61,280 nucleotides of DNA. Origin: an uncultured archaeon (GTDB taxonomy: Archaea > Asgardarchaeota > Lokiarchaeia > Sigyniarchaeales > SOKP01). Positions within the stretch are counted from its first letter, which is position 1. Each line of letters opens with the position of its first letter. Both the position numbers and the translations under genes were made by a program. Below the pieces are notes generated by a model that had not been told where the DNA came from, did no database searches, and was given only the letters and a program-made list of their open reading frames with translations. Shown here one piece after another: positions 30,997-41,038 of the stretch. The stretch lies in the NCBI GenBank assembly GCA_964583985.1, contig CAZOYD010000014.1:1-61280 (forward strand). Direction: 5' to 3'.

Positions 30997-32631
30997 TTAA
31001 TGCATTTTGTTTAAAGTTTTATAAGTCTTTCCCATTACTTTATAGATATTAAGAAATTCATTGAACAATCCATCATATATCTCTTTATTCTCTAAGTTTG
31101 GTTCAAAGATATTGGAGTATTCAGTATATTTTGGAATATCTTCCCACTTGATATGTCCTAATCCTACAGAAGCAATGAATGCCGCTCCCCGGGCATTTGC
31201 TTGAATGGGATTCTTTACCTGCTTAATCGTTCTGTCAAGCACATCGGCAAAAATTTGACACCAAACATTACTATTAGCTCCACCACCAATGATGTTAAGC
31301 TCCGGGATGATCTTCCCATCTTTAATTAATTCGGGTTTGTTCTTCTTGACCCATTTCTCGATAAACTTTTCAACGTATATTAATAACCATCTTAAGTTGT
31401 ATGCAACTCCCTCAAAAATAGCTCTAATTAAATGTTCTCTGGTTGTATCAAGTGATATATTATAAATACCACCTCGAACTGTATGATCATCTACTGGTGC
31501 TCTTTCTCCAAAGAGCCAAGGAGTGAAAATCAAATTGTGAGCTCCCACTGGCGTATTTTCAACGATTTTATCGAAAATTTTATAGACATCAGGCACGTGT
31601 TCTTCTCTTAATAACTCATCCTTGTGATATAAAATGTTATCTCTTAGAAAACTCAAAGCTCCACCCGCTATTTCTTGTTCGTTAAGAAGCATGTATTTTC
31701 CCGGTATGCCTGAAGGGGCGGTACCCATATTATGGAAAATATCGACTTTTTTAAATGGGAAGTGACAAAGCATCCAATCTGATGTTCCTATTGTAAAGTG
31801 TGCTTTATAATCTTCAACCGCTCCAGAACCAATTGTAGCAGTATGTAAATCAGGTGCACCTAAGATAACTTTCACATCACTATTAATCCCAACCTTTTCA
31901 GCAAATTCTTTTGTTACAGGCCCTAATACATCAGTAGTTTTTTTGATTTCTGGGAATTTATCAGCATCCAGCTTTAATTTCTTTATAAGTTTCTTGGAGT
32001 ATTTTATATTATTAATATCTCGAATATCTGTAATCCAATGCATATGAATTGTCGCTTCAGAAGTAGCAATTTGTCCCGTTAATTTGTAATTCACCCAATC
32101 TTGAGGTTCTAAAAATTTATAGGTCTTTTCATAAATATCCGAATAATTATCTCTAATCCAAAGAACATGTGCTATAGAGTCCTTACCTGATAATGTAGGT
32201 CCACCTCCAGTAATTTTAATCCATTTAAGCATTTTTATCATGTTGTACCCACTTATCTTGATAAGACCTTTATGTAACTTTTTCATTTGTTCTGCCCCCC
32301 TTGTATCCATCCAAATTATGCAATTCATGAGTTCTTTTCCGTCTTTATCAATTGGGATTGTCCCGCTCCATTGACTCGTATTAGAAACAGCAATTATATT
32401 TTTAGGATCGATCCTTTTTTTCTCGATAAGTTCTTTAGAACCATTTATTATAGCTTTCCACCAATCTTGAGGATCTTGTTCTGCAGCTCCTGGCTCGGGT
32501 AGATATAATGGGACTTCTTTAAGCACCCAGTCAATTACTTCTCCATAAATAGATACTATAGCTGGTTTTGGTCCAGATGTACCATGATCGATTGCTAAAA
32601 TATACTTTGATTCATTTTTTGAATTTGACAT
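30997..32631 (-). CDS. FGGY family carbohydrate kinase
   Basis: AIDHGTSGPK, IWMDTR, GERAP, RAIFEGV, GGGANS. Confidence 0.92.
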   Translation of the reverse strand: MSNSKNESKYILAIDHGTSGPKPAIVSIYGEVIDWVLKEVPLYLPEPGAAEQDPQDWWKAIINGSKELIEKKRIDPKNIIAVSNTSQWSGTIPIDKDGKELMNCIIWMDTRGAEQMKKLHKGLIKISGYNMIKMLKWIKITGGGPTLSGKDSIAHVLWIRDNYSDIYEKTYKFLEPQDWVNYKLTGQIATSEATIHMHWITDIRDINNIKYSKKLIKKLKLDADKFPEIKKTTDVLGPVTKEFAEKVGINSDVKVILGAPDLHTATIGSGAVEDYKAHFTIGTSDWMLCHFPFKKVDIFHNMGTAPSGIPGKYMLLNEQEIAGGALSFLRDNILYHKDELLREEHVPDVYKIFDKIVENTPVGAHNLIFTPWLFGERAPVDDHTVRGGIYNISLDTTREHLIRAIFEGVAYNLRWLLIYVEKFIEKWVKKNKPELIKDGKIIPELNIIGGGANSNVWCQIFADVLDRTIKQVKNPIQANARGAAFIASVGLGHIKWEDIPKYTEYSNIFEPNLENKEIYDGLFNEFLNIYKVMGKTYKTLNKMH

Positions 32632-32917
32632 ATTAATTATAAATGTTAAAAAGCTAATTAAAGATTTATTGAATCTAAAAAACTATCTCAAAAAATGATT
32701 ATTAAATTTAAGCTATCAAGTATTTACAGATTGAATTTCCACTACACTGTCCTTAAATTTGGAATATAAGGATATGATGACTCTTTTTATCTAGTATATC
32801 GTGATGATCTTGGGTTCAAAAACCACGAATTTATGATAAAAAAATAAGCTTAATTTTGGATGTATTTCTTATTGTATGTAATTAAACAAAAAATAATTCT
32901 AATTAGGATGATATTTA

Positions 32918-34321
32918 ATGGAATATGAGGAAAAGGTAGCAAAAATTAAAAATATAGTCGATTCGCCCATCAGCAAATTTAAATCCGAAGAGTTGAAAGC
33001 TATCCTCGATAGATATGAAAAAAACCATGTTAAGTCTAAAGAGGCTTTTGAAAGAGCAAGAAAGATCATTCCAGGAGGTGTAGAGCATAATCTCGCTTTT
33101 AATTATCCATTTCCTTTAGCTAGCAAACGCGTGTATGACTGTTACATGGAAACTGTCGACGGCGTAATACTGACCGATTTTTTAATGGATGGAGGGCCCA
33201 TAATTCTAGGTCATAACCATCCCGTCTTAACGGAAAAGGTTATAGAAGTCATTCGTGAAATTGGTCCATGTCATGGAATAACTAATGAATATGAATATCT
33301 TGCTGCCGAAGAACTTCAGAAATATTTTCCATCTTGTGAAATTATAAGATGGCTCCAAACGGGAACAGAAGCCGATATGCTTGCAATTAGGATTGCTCGA
33401 GTTGCCACGAATCGTAAATGGGTTATTAAAATGGGTGGTAGTTATCATGGATGGTCAGATCAGTTGGTTTATGATATGCACGTGCCGGGATCAAAATTAT
33501 TAGAATCGCATGGAATACCAAAAGATATTTTCAAGTTCATTGATTCTTGCCCCCCAAACGATATTGAAACATTACGAGAAATGTTTGCAGAAAAGCGAAA
33601 AGTGGCAGCCGTTTTAATTGAGCCTATGGGAGGTGAATCTGGAGCTATTCCTGTAAAACCAGGATTTAACAAAGAAGTTGAAGAACTTTGTCATGAAAAT
33701 AATACTCTTTTAATATCTGATGAGGTTGTATGTGCTTTTAGATTACATATGGGTGGTGGTCAAGCATATTATGGATATGAACCAGATTTATCCATCTTTG
33801 GTAAAATCGTTGGTCATGGATATCCATCCGCTGCAGCTATTGGTGGTAAAGAAGAATACATGAAATATTGCGCAGCAGGAGTGGGTGGTGGAAAAAGAGC
33901 ATATAGTGGAGGAACCTTAGCAGCAAATCCATTAACATGTGCTGCTGCTTATCATGCCATTAAATTAGTCGAGGAAACGGGAGCAACAGAAATAGCCACA
34001 AAAGCTGCAACTCGTTTAGCTGATGGATTGAATCAAGTTTTTGAAAAATATGAATTGCCCTGGTTTTCATACAATTTAGGTGGAACGGTTCATTTCCATA
34101 CCTCATGTCTTTTTGGGTTAAGTTTTGACATACCCGATCAAGTAGGGCAATTACCATTAAGGAAACAATTTATGGAACATATGGGAGCGGCTTTAGTAGA
34201 CGAGGAAATTATTTCAGTTGCAGGGAGCAGATTCTATACATGCATGCTCCATACTGATGAAATAATTGACGAAACTATTCATAAAATTGACGAGATTTGT
34301 CAAAAAATAGATAGAAATTAA
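32918..34321 (+). CDS. Class III PLP aminotransferase (GSA aminomutase-like)
   Basis: IPGGV, GPIILGH, TGTEA, SYHG, SDEV, FGKIVGHG, GTLAANP. Confidence 0.88.
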   Translation: MEYEEKVAKIKNIVDSPISKFKSEELKAILDRYEKNHVKSKEAFERARKIIPGGVEHNLAFNYPFPLASKRVYDCYMETVDGVILTDFLMDGGPIILGHNHPVLTEKVIEVIREIGPCHGITNEYEYLAAEELQKYFPSCEIIRWLQTGTEADMLAIRIARVATNRKWVIKMGGSYHGWSDQLVYDMHVPGSKLLESHGIPKDIFKFIDSCPPNDIETLREMFAEKRKVAAVLIEPMGGESGAIPVKPGFNKEVEELCHENNTLLISDEVVCAFRLHMGGGQAYYGYEPDLSIFGKIVGHGYPSAAAIGGKEEYMKYCAAGVGGGKRAYSGGTLAANPLTCAAAYHAIKLVEETGATEIATKAATRLADGLNQVFEKYELPWFSYNLGGTVHFHTSCLFGLSFDIPDQVGQLPLRKQFMEHMGAALVDEEIISVAGSRFYTCMLHTDEIIDETIHKIDEICQKIDRN

Positions 34322-34428
34322 ATTTTCATATTACTCCATTTTCTTTTAACATTTTCTTAATTCTCAAATTTAAAATATAAACCAAGAATCTAATAAATAA
34401 TTTAACCTAAATACGGGTCTATTTACTC

Positions 34429-35277
34429 ATGGGGATAAGTAAAAATTGGTTCATAGAAAAAATTAACACATTTTTGGAATTTGATGAAAGCAATAAGATG
34501 ATAATGGGTGATAATTCTAGAATGTTTGAACCAGACGTAATCGTCGGTATAGTTTCAGGGAACGATACGATATTCACCGATTATAAGAAGATTATTGGTG
34601 ACTTTTATCTTACACCAATAGAAGCTTATACATGGTACTGTAAAAAAAGAGGAATAGACTTATCAACACAAAATTTAAGCGTAGTAGCTTATATTCTCCC
34701 AATTAATAGGACTACTAAAAAGGAAAATTTCATATATTCAAGAGAGTATCCATCGAAAAGATGGGCGAATACCAGATTATATGGAGAACAAGCCAATATG
34801 AATATTCAAATGCATTTAATCAATGAATTAAACTCCTTAGGAATAAATGCAATGGCACCAACCAATGAAAGATCCTTATTTAAAATAAATCGTGAAATTT
34901 GGGCTTCAAATTGGTCTCATAGGCATTGTTGTTTCGCAGCAGGATTAGGATCTTTTGGTTTATCAGATGGATTTATCAATTCTCGAGGAAAGGCGATGAG
35001 GTGTGGAAGTATAATTGTTGATTACAGCTTACCATCGGATGCATCAAAGAGACCTTCAGATCCTTACGAGTATTGCATCAAATGTGGAGATTGTATTAAA
35101 CGGTGCCCTGTCAATGCTATATCTTTTAAAAATCGACATGATAAAATTGCTTGTTCAAAACACGTAATGAGTACCATCCCTTATATTAAAAAGAATTATG
35201 GAATCAATATCTATGGATGTGGATTATGTCAGGTTGGAGTTTCGTGCCAGAATGGGATTCCAAAAAAGATTTCCTAA
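34429..35277 (+). CDS. Epoxyqueuosine reductase/reductive dehalogenase-like 4Fe-4S protein
   Basis: WSHRH...AAGLGSFG, CIKCGDCIKRCP, C...GCGLCQVGVSC. Confidence 0.8.
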   Translation: MGISKNWFIEKINTFLEFDESNKMIMGDNSRMFEPDVIVGIVSGNDTIFTDYKKIIGDFYLTPIEAYTWYCKKRGIDLSTQNLSVVAYILPINRTTKKENFIYSREYPSKRWANTRLYGEQANMNIQMHLINELNSLGINAMAPTNERSLFKINREIWASNWSHRHCCFAAGLGSFGLSDGFINSRGKAMRCGSIIVDYSLPSDASKRPSDPYEYCIKCGDCIKRCPVNAISFKNRHDKIACSKHVMSTIPYIKKNYGINIYGCGLCQVGVSCQNGIPKKIS

Positions 35278-35398
35278 TTATTTAATTCATTATAATAAAT
35301 ATCCAAAAATTAAATTTCTATTCTTAATCAATTAATCTAACTAAATTTTATTTTTTATTCAGAATCCTATACAATTAGGAAAATATAGGTCGATTAAT

Positions 35399-36421
35399 TT
35401 GGGAAATCAAAATGAAATAACAGAACAATCAAACTTGTTTAATAAAGATGGGACGTTAGTCCAGAGAGGGTGGGCTCGCAAACCAATTTTAAAATATAAT
35501 AAAGAAGATATTGGAAAAAGTTGGATGCGAATTAAAGAATGGGATCATTATTCCGTGTTAAATAAAGACTTCGGATTTCAATTAACTATTGGAGATATTG
35601 GATACTTAACACAAATGAGTTATGTCTGGATTGATTTTAACAAGAAAGAAAGGAATGGGCAATCTATCATGAAGTTTTTTACTAAATCTAAATTACTACC
35701 ATTAAGTTCTTTAGAAGATAGTATTATAGACTTCCCAACAGACAAATTTAATGCTACAATTGAGAAAAAAGGAGATAAGCGAATTCTTACTATTGATGAT
35801 CCAACCTTATTAGAAAAAGGAATTAAAGGAACTATTACACTGGATGATCGGGAATCTTATGATAATACCGTTGTAGTTACAGGATATAAAAAACCAAAAT
35901 TATTTTACTACAATCATAAAATCAATTACATGCCGGCTAAAGGAGAAATTACAATTGGAGAAAGCCGCTATGCCTTTGAACCGGGATCCTCATTCGGACT
36001 TATGGACTGGGGAAGAGGAATATGGCCATATAAAACTCATTGGCTCTGGGGATCTGCTTGTGGATTGGTTGATGGAGTCCCCGTAGCATTTAACATTGGA
36101 TATGGGTTTGGAGATTTATCAACTCATACCGAAAATATAATTTTCTATGATGGGAAAGCCCATAAAATAGATGAAGTTACTTTCCATCATGAAGATCGAG
36201 ATCCTACAAAACCTTGGAAATTTTCGAGCAATGATGGTCGATTTAACATGACATTGATACCTATTATTCCACATAAAGAGAAGTTAAACTTTGGATTAAT
36301 TTATCTTAATTCTTCATTACTACATGGTTATTATTCCGGAGAAATAATCCTCAACAATGGAGAAAAAGTAATTGTCAAAGATTTGTTAGGTCACGCTGAG
36401 GATATCTATTGGAGATGGTAA
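35399..36421 (+). CDS. DUF2804 family protein
   Basis: GWARKP, RIKEWDHY, DWGRGIWPY, WLWG, FNIGYGFGD, TEN; TTG start. Confidence 0.8.
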   Translation: MGNQNEITEQSNLFNKDGTLVQRGWARKPILKYNKEDIGKSWMRIKEWDHYSVLNKDFGFQLTIGDIGYLTQMSYVWIDFNKKERNGQSIMKFFTKSKLLPLSSLEDSIIDFPTDKFNATIEKKGDKRILTIDDPTLLEKGIKGTITLDDRESYDNTVVVTGYKKPKLFYYNHKINYMPAKGEITIGESRYAFEPGSSFGLMDWGRGIWPYKTHWLWGSACGLVDGVPVAFNIGYGFGDLSTHTENIIFYDGKAHKIDEVTFHHEDRDPTKPWKFSSNDGRFNMTLIPIIPHKEKLNFGLIYLNSSLLHGYYSGEIILNNGEKVIVKDLLGHAEDIYWRW

Positions 36422-36522
36422 TTTAATCCAATATCACTTTTTTTTTCTCAAGTGAATTCTGATTTTATTTGATTATGTATTTTATGTAATTGTATATAAT
36501 AAAAGAAAAAAAAATAGAATAT

Positions 36523-37980
36523 TTATTTAAGACTTAATTCAGCAAGACCCATCTCAGCTAATTTTTCTTTATTTGCTGCGACTTTTTCTGGCGTTAATTG
36601 GTAATATTTCCAAAATAACAGTACAGTCACGATAACCAATATAGCGGGAACTATTGCTACGTGTATCCTAATTCCGAATAATGCCAGTGGTTGTTGTGTC
36701 GGTGCGCCTACAACGTACCCAGTAAATATATGGCTTAAAGAAATTGTTACTGCAATAAAAGTCTGTCCGAATTTAATGAAAAACGATTGGAACCCATAAT
36801 AAATTGCCTGTTGCCTTTTACCCGTTCTAACAGTTACGTCATCAAGAACATCGCCCATTGTCGGTGGGTCGACGTACCATTGACCCCCCACTCCGACACC
36901 AAAGAAAAGTAATGATATCATCCACGGAATAAGCCCGTTAATGAAGATCATAGGTAAAAATGTAATGAATAAAGCCATACCTGCATATATGCTCAATTTT
37001 CTATTATCATTTATTTTATGAGCAAAAAATGTCCATAGTGGAGTTGAAATGAGAGCTCCTAGAAGCATCGATCCTAATAGATATATTATGCCCTCATCAC
37101 CCATGTCTAAAAGATAAGTTGATATATATAAGGCAGACGTTTGAATCATTACTCCTCCTACTTGATAGCCAAAGAAGAATATTACCTTTAACATAAAGGT
37201 TCTATCTTTTAATACATTATAATTTGACTTTAAAAAAGATTCGACATGTTGAGCTTCTGGAACTCTTTTTCTTTGCTCGTAAAGTTTTCTCACCTTTTTA
37301 TCTTCAAATATTCCGGGAAGTACAAGCATGAACAGAAAAAATCCGACAACTACGCTAAATACGGAAGCATCTATATAGGTTTTCGCGTTAAAAGTACTAA
37401 TAAATAAGACCGAAGGAAGTATAAATGCCATGACGAGTCCTGTGATTCCTAAAATAGTCCCATACCCTTGAACAGCTCTTCTTTCCTTTAAACCACTAAA
37501 TTTATCCGGATAAAGGGAAATTACATTTACATCATACAAGGTCAAGGCAGTATCATAAATACACAATGAAATCACATACCATAAGAATATCTCTAATTGA
37601 TGGGCTTGTACGATACCCGCTGAACCATACCAATCAGTTGGTACCAAATATATAAACAAGTATGATAATAACCAAGGTATTACACCAATTAACATCCAAG
37701 GAAATCGTTTAAAATTTTTTTTTTCCCATGGCATGTGAATCTTTTCCATTAACCAACCTGTAAGAGGGTCGTTTATTGCATTCCAAACGGAATAGATAAT
37801 GTACGCCCACATTGCCAATATAGTAGGTAAACCAATAACATTTTCATAGAAGAAAAATACAGTAAAACCAAATGCAGCTGAAATCCATTGCCCAAAAAGT
37901 TCTCTTGAGCCATAGGAAGCCATTATGCGTTTAGGATATTCATACTTTCTTTTTTTTGTTGTTTCGACATTTTCAGTCAA
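36523..37980 (-). CDS. MFS transporter, GPH (glycoside-pentoside-hexuronide) type
   Basis: WNAINDPLTG, RFPW, DVLD...TGKRQQAIYYG. Confidence 0.88.
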   Translation of the reverse strand: MTENVETTKKRKYEYPKRIMASYGSRELFGQWISAAFGFTVFFFYENVIGLPTILAMWAYIIYSVWNAINDPLTGWLMEKIHMPWEKKNFKRFPWMLIGVIPWLLSYLFIYLVPTDWYGSAGIVQAHQLEIFLWYVISLCIYDTALTLYDVNVISLYPDKFSGLKERRAVQGYGTILGITGLVMAFILPSVLFISTFNAKTYIDASVFSVVVGFFLFMLVLPGIFEDKKVRKLYEQRKRVPEAQHVESFLKSNYNVLKDRTFMLKVIFFFGYQVGGVMIQTSALYISTYLLDMGDEGIIYLLGSMLLGALISTPLWTFFAHKINDNRKLSIYAGMALFITFLPMIFINGLIPWMISLLFFGVGVGGQWYVDPPTMGDVLDDVTVRTGKRQQAIYYGFQSFFIKFGQTFIAVTISLSHIFTGYVVGAPTQQPLALFGIRIHVAIVPAILVIVTVLLFWKYYQLTPEKVAANKEKLAEMGLAELSLK

Positions 37981-38065
37981 TTTAAATCCCTAATTTCCTA
38001 ATTTTTATAAAAATTTAATTTGTTATATCACTTTAGTTAAACCATTATAAAAAAGTTATTAATTA

Positions 38066-38758
38066 ATGAGAAAATTGAAAATAGTAATCTTTGAACCACA
38101 TCCTGATGATCTGTTATTCGGACCAGCTCCCATCCTTCTTGAATGGATTAGTGAAAAGAAGCATGACATCCATATTATAACGGTAACGGATGGCAGAGCC
38201 TGTTTTAGAGTCGGAGAACAAGCAGATGCAGAAAATGCTCCAGTTATGACTGAAGATGAAGTTGCGATAATGAGAACTAAAGAAGCAAGGGACGCTATCA
38301 AATTTTTAGGTATCCCCGCGGAGAATCATCATCTATTTAACTTTCACGATGCTGATGGGCAGAAGTACGTGAAAGAAGGGATTAAAAAAACGTTACCCAT
38401 AATAAAAGATGCTGACCGAATTTTCTTTCCAAGTAACAATAATCTTCATGTCGATCATCAAGCAACTCATGACATTGCGATTGGTGCAGCCAAATCATTA
38501 TCATTAAAAAATCTCGAGTATTATGTATATTTCATACCAACTTATGGAAAATTTCAAGAAGATTCCAAAGATCATCAATTTGAATATATCATTGATGAAA
38601 AAAAGGCGAAAATTTTGCAAGATTGGTTGGAGATTTACCAATCTCAATCTTATACTAAATATACGTGGATGATGTACAAACGTTTCCTTAAAAAGGTACG
38701 AAAGTGGACTTATGGGATTTACAAATATGAAGAAATTGACAAGTATTATAATTTTTAA
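38066..38758 (+). CDS. PIG-L/LmbE family deacetylase
   Basis: PHPDD, TDG, RxxEA, HVDH. Confidence 0.88.
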   Translation: MRKLKIVIFEPHPDDLLFGPAPILLEWISEKKHDIHIITVTDGRACFRVGEQADAENAPVMTEDEVAIMRTKEARDAIKFLGIPAENHHLFNFHDADGQKYVKEGIKKTLPIIKDADRIFFPSNNNLHVDHQATHDIAIGAAKSLSLKNLEYYVYFIPTYGKFQEDSKDHQFEYIIDEKKAKILQDWLEIYQSQSYTKYTWMMYKRFLKKVRKWTYGIYKYEEIDKYYNF

Positions 38759-38826
38759 ATTCCATTATATAACTGAAGATTTGACTATGTATTTCTTAAA
38801 ACCATTTTTTAAAATATAAGATTTTC

Positions 38827-39174
38827 TTATTCAGGCAAGTAAAATTTACATAGAATACATTGCTTAGCTTTTAATCGTCTATCCGGACCTAAAATGATGT
38901 ATTTACTTGCCATTTTTCCTCCACATTTTGGACAATTTTGTAAGAAATTATCTTTAATTGATTCTAAAACTAATTGAATGTTTTTTTCTAATTTTATTAA
39001 ATCCTTTGCGTTTTCAATTATTTTTTTGGCAGAAATTATTCCTATACCCTTGATCCAAGCTAAGTCTTCAGGTTTTGCGTTTGCTACGTCATCGATAGTC
39101 TTTATACCTGCTTTAAAAAGATTTTCTGAAGCTACAGGACCAATTCCTCTGACCCTCTCAAGCTCAAACGACAT
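38827..39174 (-). CDS. Tandem helix-hairpin-helix DNA-binding protein with C-terminal Zn ribbon
   Basis: RGIGP...AGIKTIDDVA...IKGIGIISAKKII; CPKC...CILC. Confidence 0.8.
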   Translation of the reverse strand: MSFELERVRGIGPVASENLFKAGIKTIDDVANAKPEDLAWIKGIGIISAKKIIENAKDLIKLEKNIQLVLESIKDNFLQNCPKCGGKMASKYIILGPDRRLKAKQCILCKFYLPE

Positions 39175-39343
39175 GTTCTTACAAGACCTTAACGTTAGAT
39201 AGAAATGAATCCAAGAATATAGATGTTAAATACATATTTGAATACAAAAATAATTTTTATATATCAAATATAAAATGGGATTCAATACTGATAAAATTTG
39301 AGATATGCTAAAAAAAGGAAAATAAATTAATTATTAATTTTTA

Positions 39344-40063
39344 TCATTTTTCTAATTGACGTCCGACTCCATTATACATTAAATATCCGCCTGTAACTGC
39401 CAAAATCAGTCCTATTATCCCCAACAACGTCCGAAAAAGATCGATATCAAGAGTATTTGAAACGAAAATGCCATACATGAAAATTATCAAGCAACAGAAT
39501 CCATAGATAAAGAATTTCCATTTCTTCTTTAGCAAGTCATCTTCAAATTTCTTATATATCTGAAATGAGAGGTATAAAAATGGAATGACAGCTCCTATTG
39601 ACACTACTAAGACCACATAAATGAAGAACGGTAATGCCCAAACAGGCGACCAATTAGCGTTAAGAGTTACTCCTGCTCCAGGTATGAATAAGAAGAAGAT
39701 CATGCAAAACATTGCAATACCGTATCCTACTAAAATGAGAATCTGTTTTGTGGAAGTGATTACTTTCTCAGATTTCAATAAGATCAAGTCAAAAACTACA
39801 AGGAATATTGCTGAGTAATAAATCCCGAAATTAGTTACAAAATTCAATATAAGCACTAGATTAACATCCGTCATTAGACCATATATGAAATTAACGAAAA
39901 AACCGATTACAGGTGAAATATAGAAACCAGAAAAGATTATATTAAGCCTCTTTCGATCTCTTTTCAAGATTTTGATTGCGAGAAATAGGAAAAAGACGAA
40001 AATAAATCCTTGGGCTATGTAAATCGTTATAAATCTCATGGTGGATAACTGCAACAGTACCAT
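39344..40063 (-). CDS. 7-TM membrane protein, paralog of 40187..40894
   Basis: Seven TM helices; shared LKS.K.IT..KQI, LKKKW.FF..G, SNTL and Y.GV.kQL motifs. Confidence 0.75.
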   Translation of the reverse strand: MVLLQLSTMRFITIYIAQGFIFVFFLFLAIKILKRDRKRLNIIFSGFYISPVIGFFVNFIYGLMTDVNLVLILNFVTNFGIYYSAIFLVVFDLILLKSEKVITSTKQILILVGYGIAMFCMIFFLFIPGAGVTLNANWSPVWALPFFIYVVLVVSIGAVIPFLYLSFQIYKKFEDDLLKKKWKFFIYGFCCLIIFMYGIFVSNTLDIDLFRTLLGIIGLILAVTGGYLMYNGVGRQLEK

Positions 40064-40186
40064 TATAAATCACGAAGTTTTTTTTAGTATTTTGTAATTA
40101 TTATTGTAGTACTATAATTTAAATACTCTTAAACGGAGATTATTGTCGGATAAGTCCAATTGAATTTTAGAGGAATGGAAAATAAA

Positions 40187-40894
40187 TTAGAGTTGTTTTG
40201 CAACACCGTAATAGATAAAGTATAAAGTAATTAATGTGGGTAATGATATTATTGACCAAATTAATCGAAAAGTCGGATCTGCAAGAGTATTTGAAAGAGA
40301 TGTCCCGTAATATAAATAATAATACCCAATTATCCCGATTAAGAAAAAAATCCATTTTTTTTTGAGTAGATTTTTCTGAAAAGTTCTATATATCTTAAAT
40401 GATATATAAATAGTTGGTCCTATGGCTATACTGCTACATATTATTATGCTATATATGAAAAATTCCCAACTCCATTCCGGTTTCCAAGAAACTTCATTTA
40501 ATCTAATGCCCCCTGGAATAAACCACAGACCAATCAGTAATAAGGCGAATATCGTAAAGATAGCAATTTGCTTATTAAAAGTTATTATAGATTGTGATTT
40601 AAACAGAATTAGAACGAATAACAACAAGAAGATGAGAGATAGGCAGAATAAATAATAAGTGATAAAATGCAATACCAAGGCTATAGTTTCATCAAATATA
40701 TTTACATAAATGATGTTTATTATAGCTCCTATAGCTACTAGGAAATAATAAGAGCTCAAAATGATGTTAATCCCTTTTCTTTCTCTTCTAATAATTTTAT
40801 ATCCAATGATTAAATAAAATAAACCAGCTAGTCCTTGTACAAGGAATACTTGTATAAAACGAGATAAATCGAGGCCTTGAGCTATAATGAACAA
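40187..40894 (-). CDS. 7-TM membrane protein, paralog of 39344..40063
   Basis: Seven TM helices; shares motifs with its neighbour. Confidence 0.75.
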   Translation of the reverse strand: MFIIAQGLDLSRFIQVFLVQGLAGLFYLIIGYKIIRRERKGINIILSSYYFLVAIGAIINIIYVNIFDETIALVLHFITYYLFCLSLIFLLLFVLILFKSQSIITFNKQIAIFTIFALLLIGLWFIPGGIRLNEVSWKPEWSWEFFIYSIIICSSIAIGPTIYISFKIYRTFQKNLLKKKWIFFLIGIIGYYYLYYGTSLSNTLADPTFRLIWSIISLPTLITLYFIYYGVAKQL

Positions 40895-41038
40895 TTATAT
40901 TACCTTAGACTTATTACTATATCATTTTTATTAAATTGTATTTGGTATTCATAATAAATTGTAAATCATTTTTATTTTTATTTCTAAAAGGAAAGCATAT
41001 TTAAATTCCCTCATCATATTCTTAATAACTATATAGCA

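Noticed and set aside
32774-32830. Possible C/D-box sRNA (ATGATGA...CTAG...GTGATGA) in the kinase/aminotransferase intergenic region
   Set aside because: No CTGA D box at the expected distance and the D' box is degenerate; plausible by chance
32918-34321. Assigning hemL (and hemE to 16220..17305) as a heme pathway
   Set aside because: Only superfamily-level similarity and no tetrapyrrole gene context
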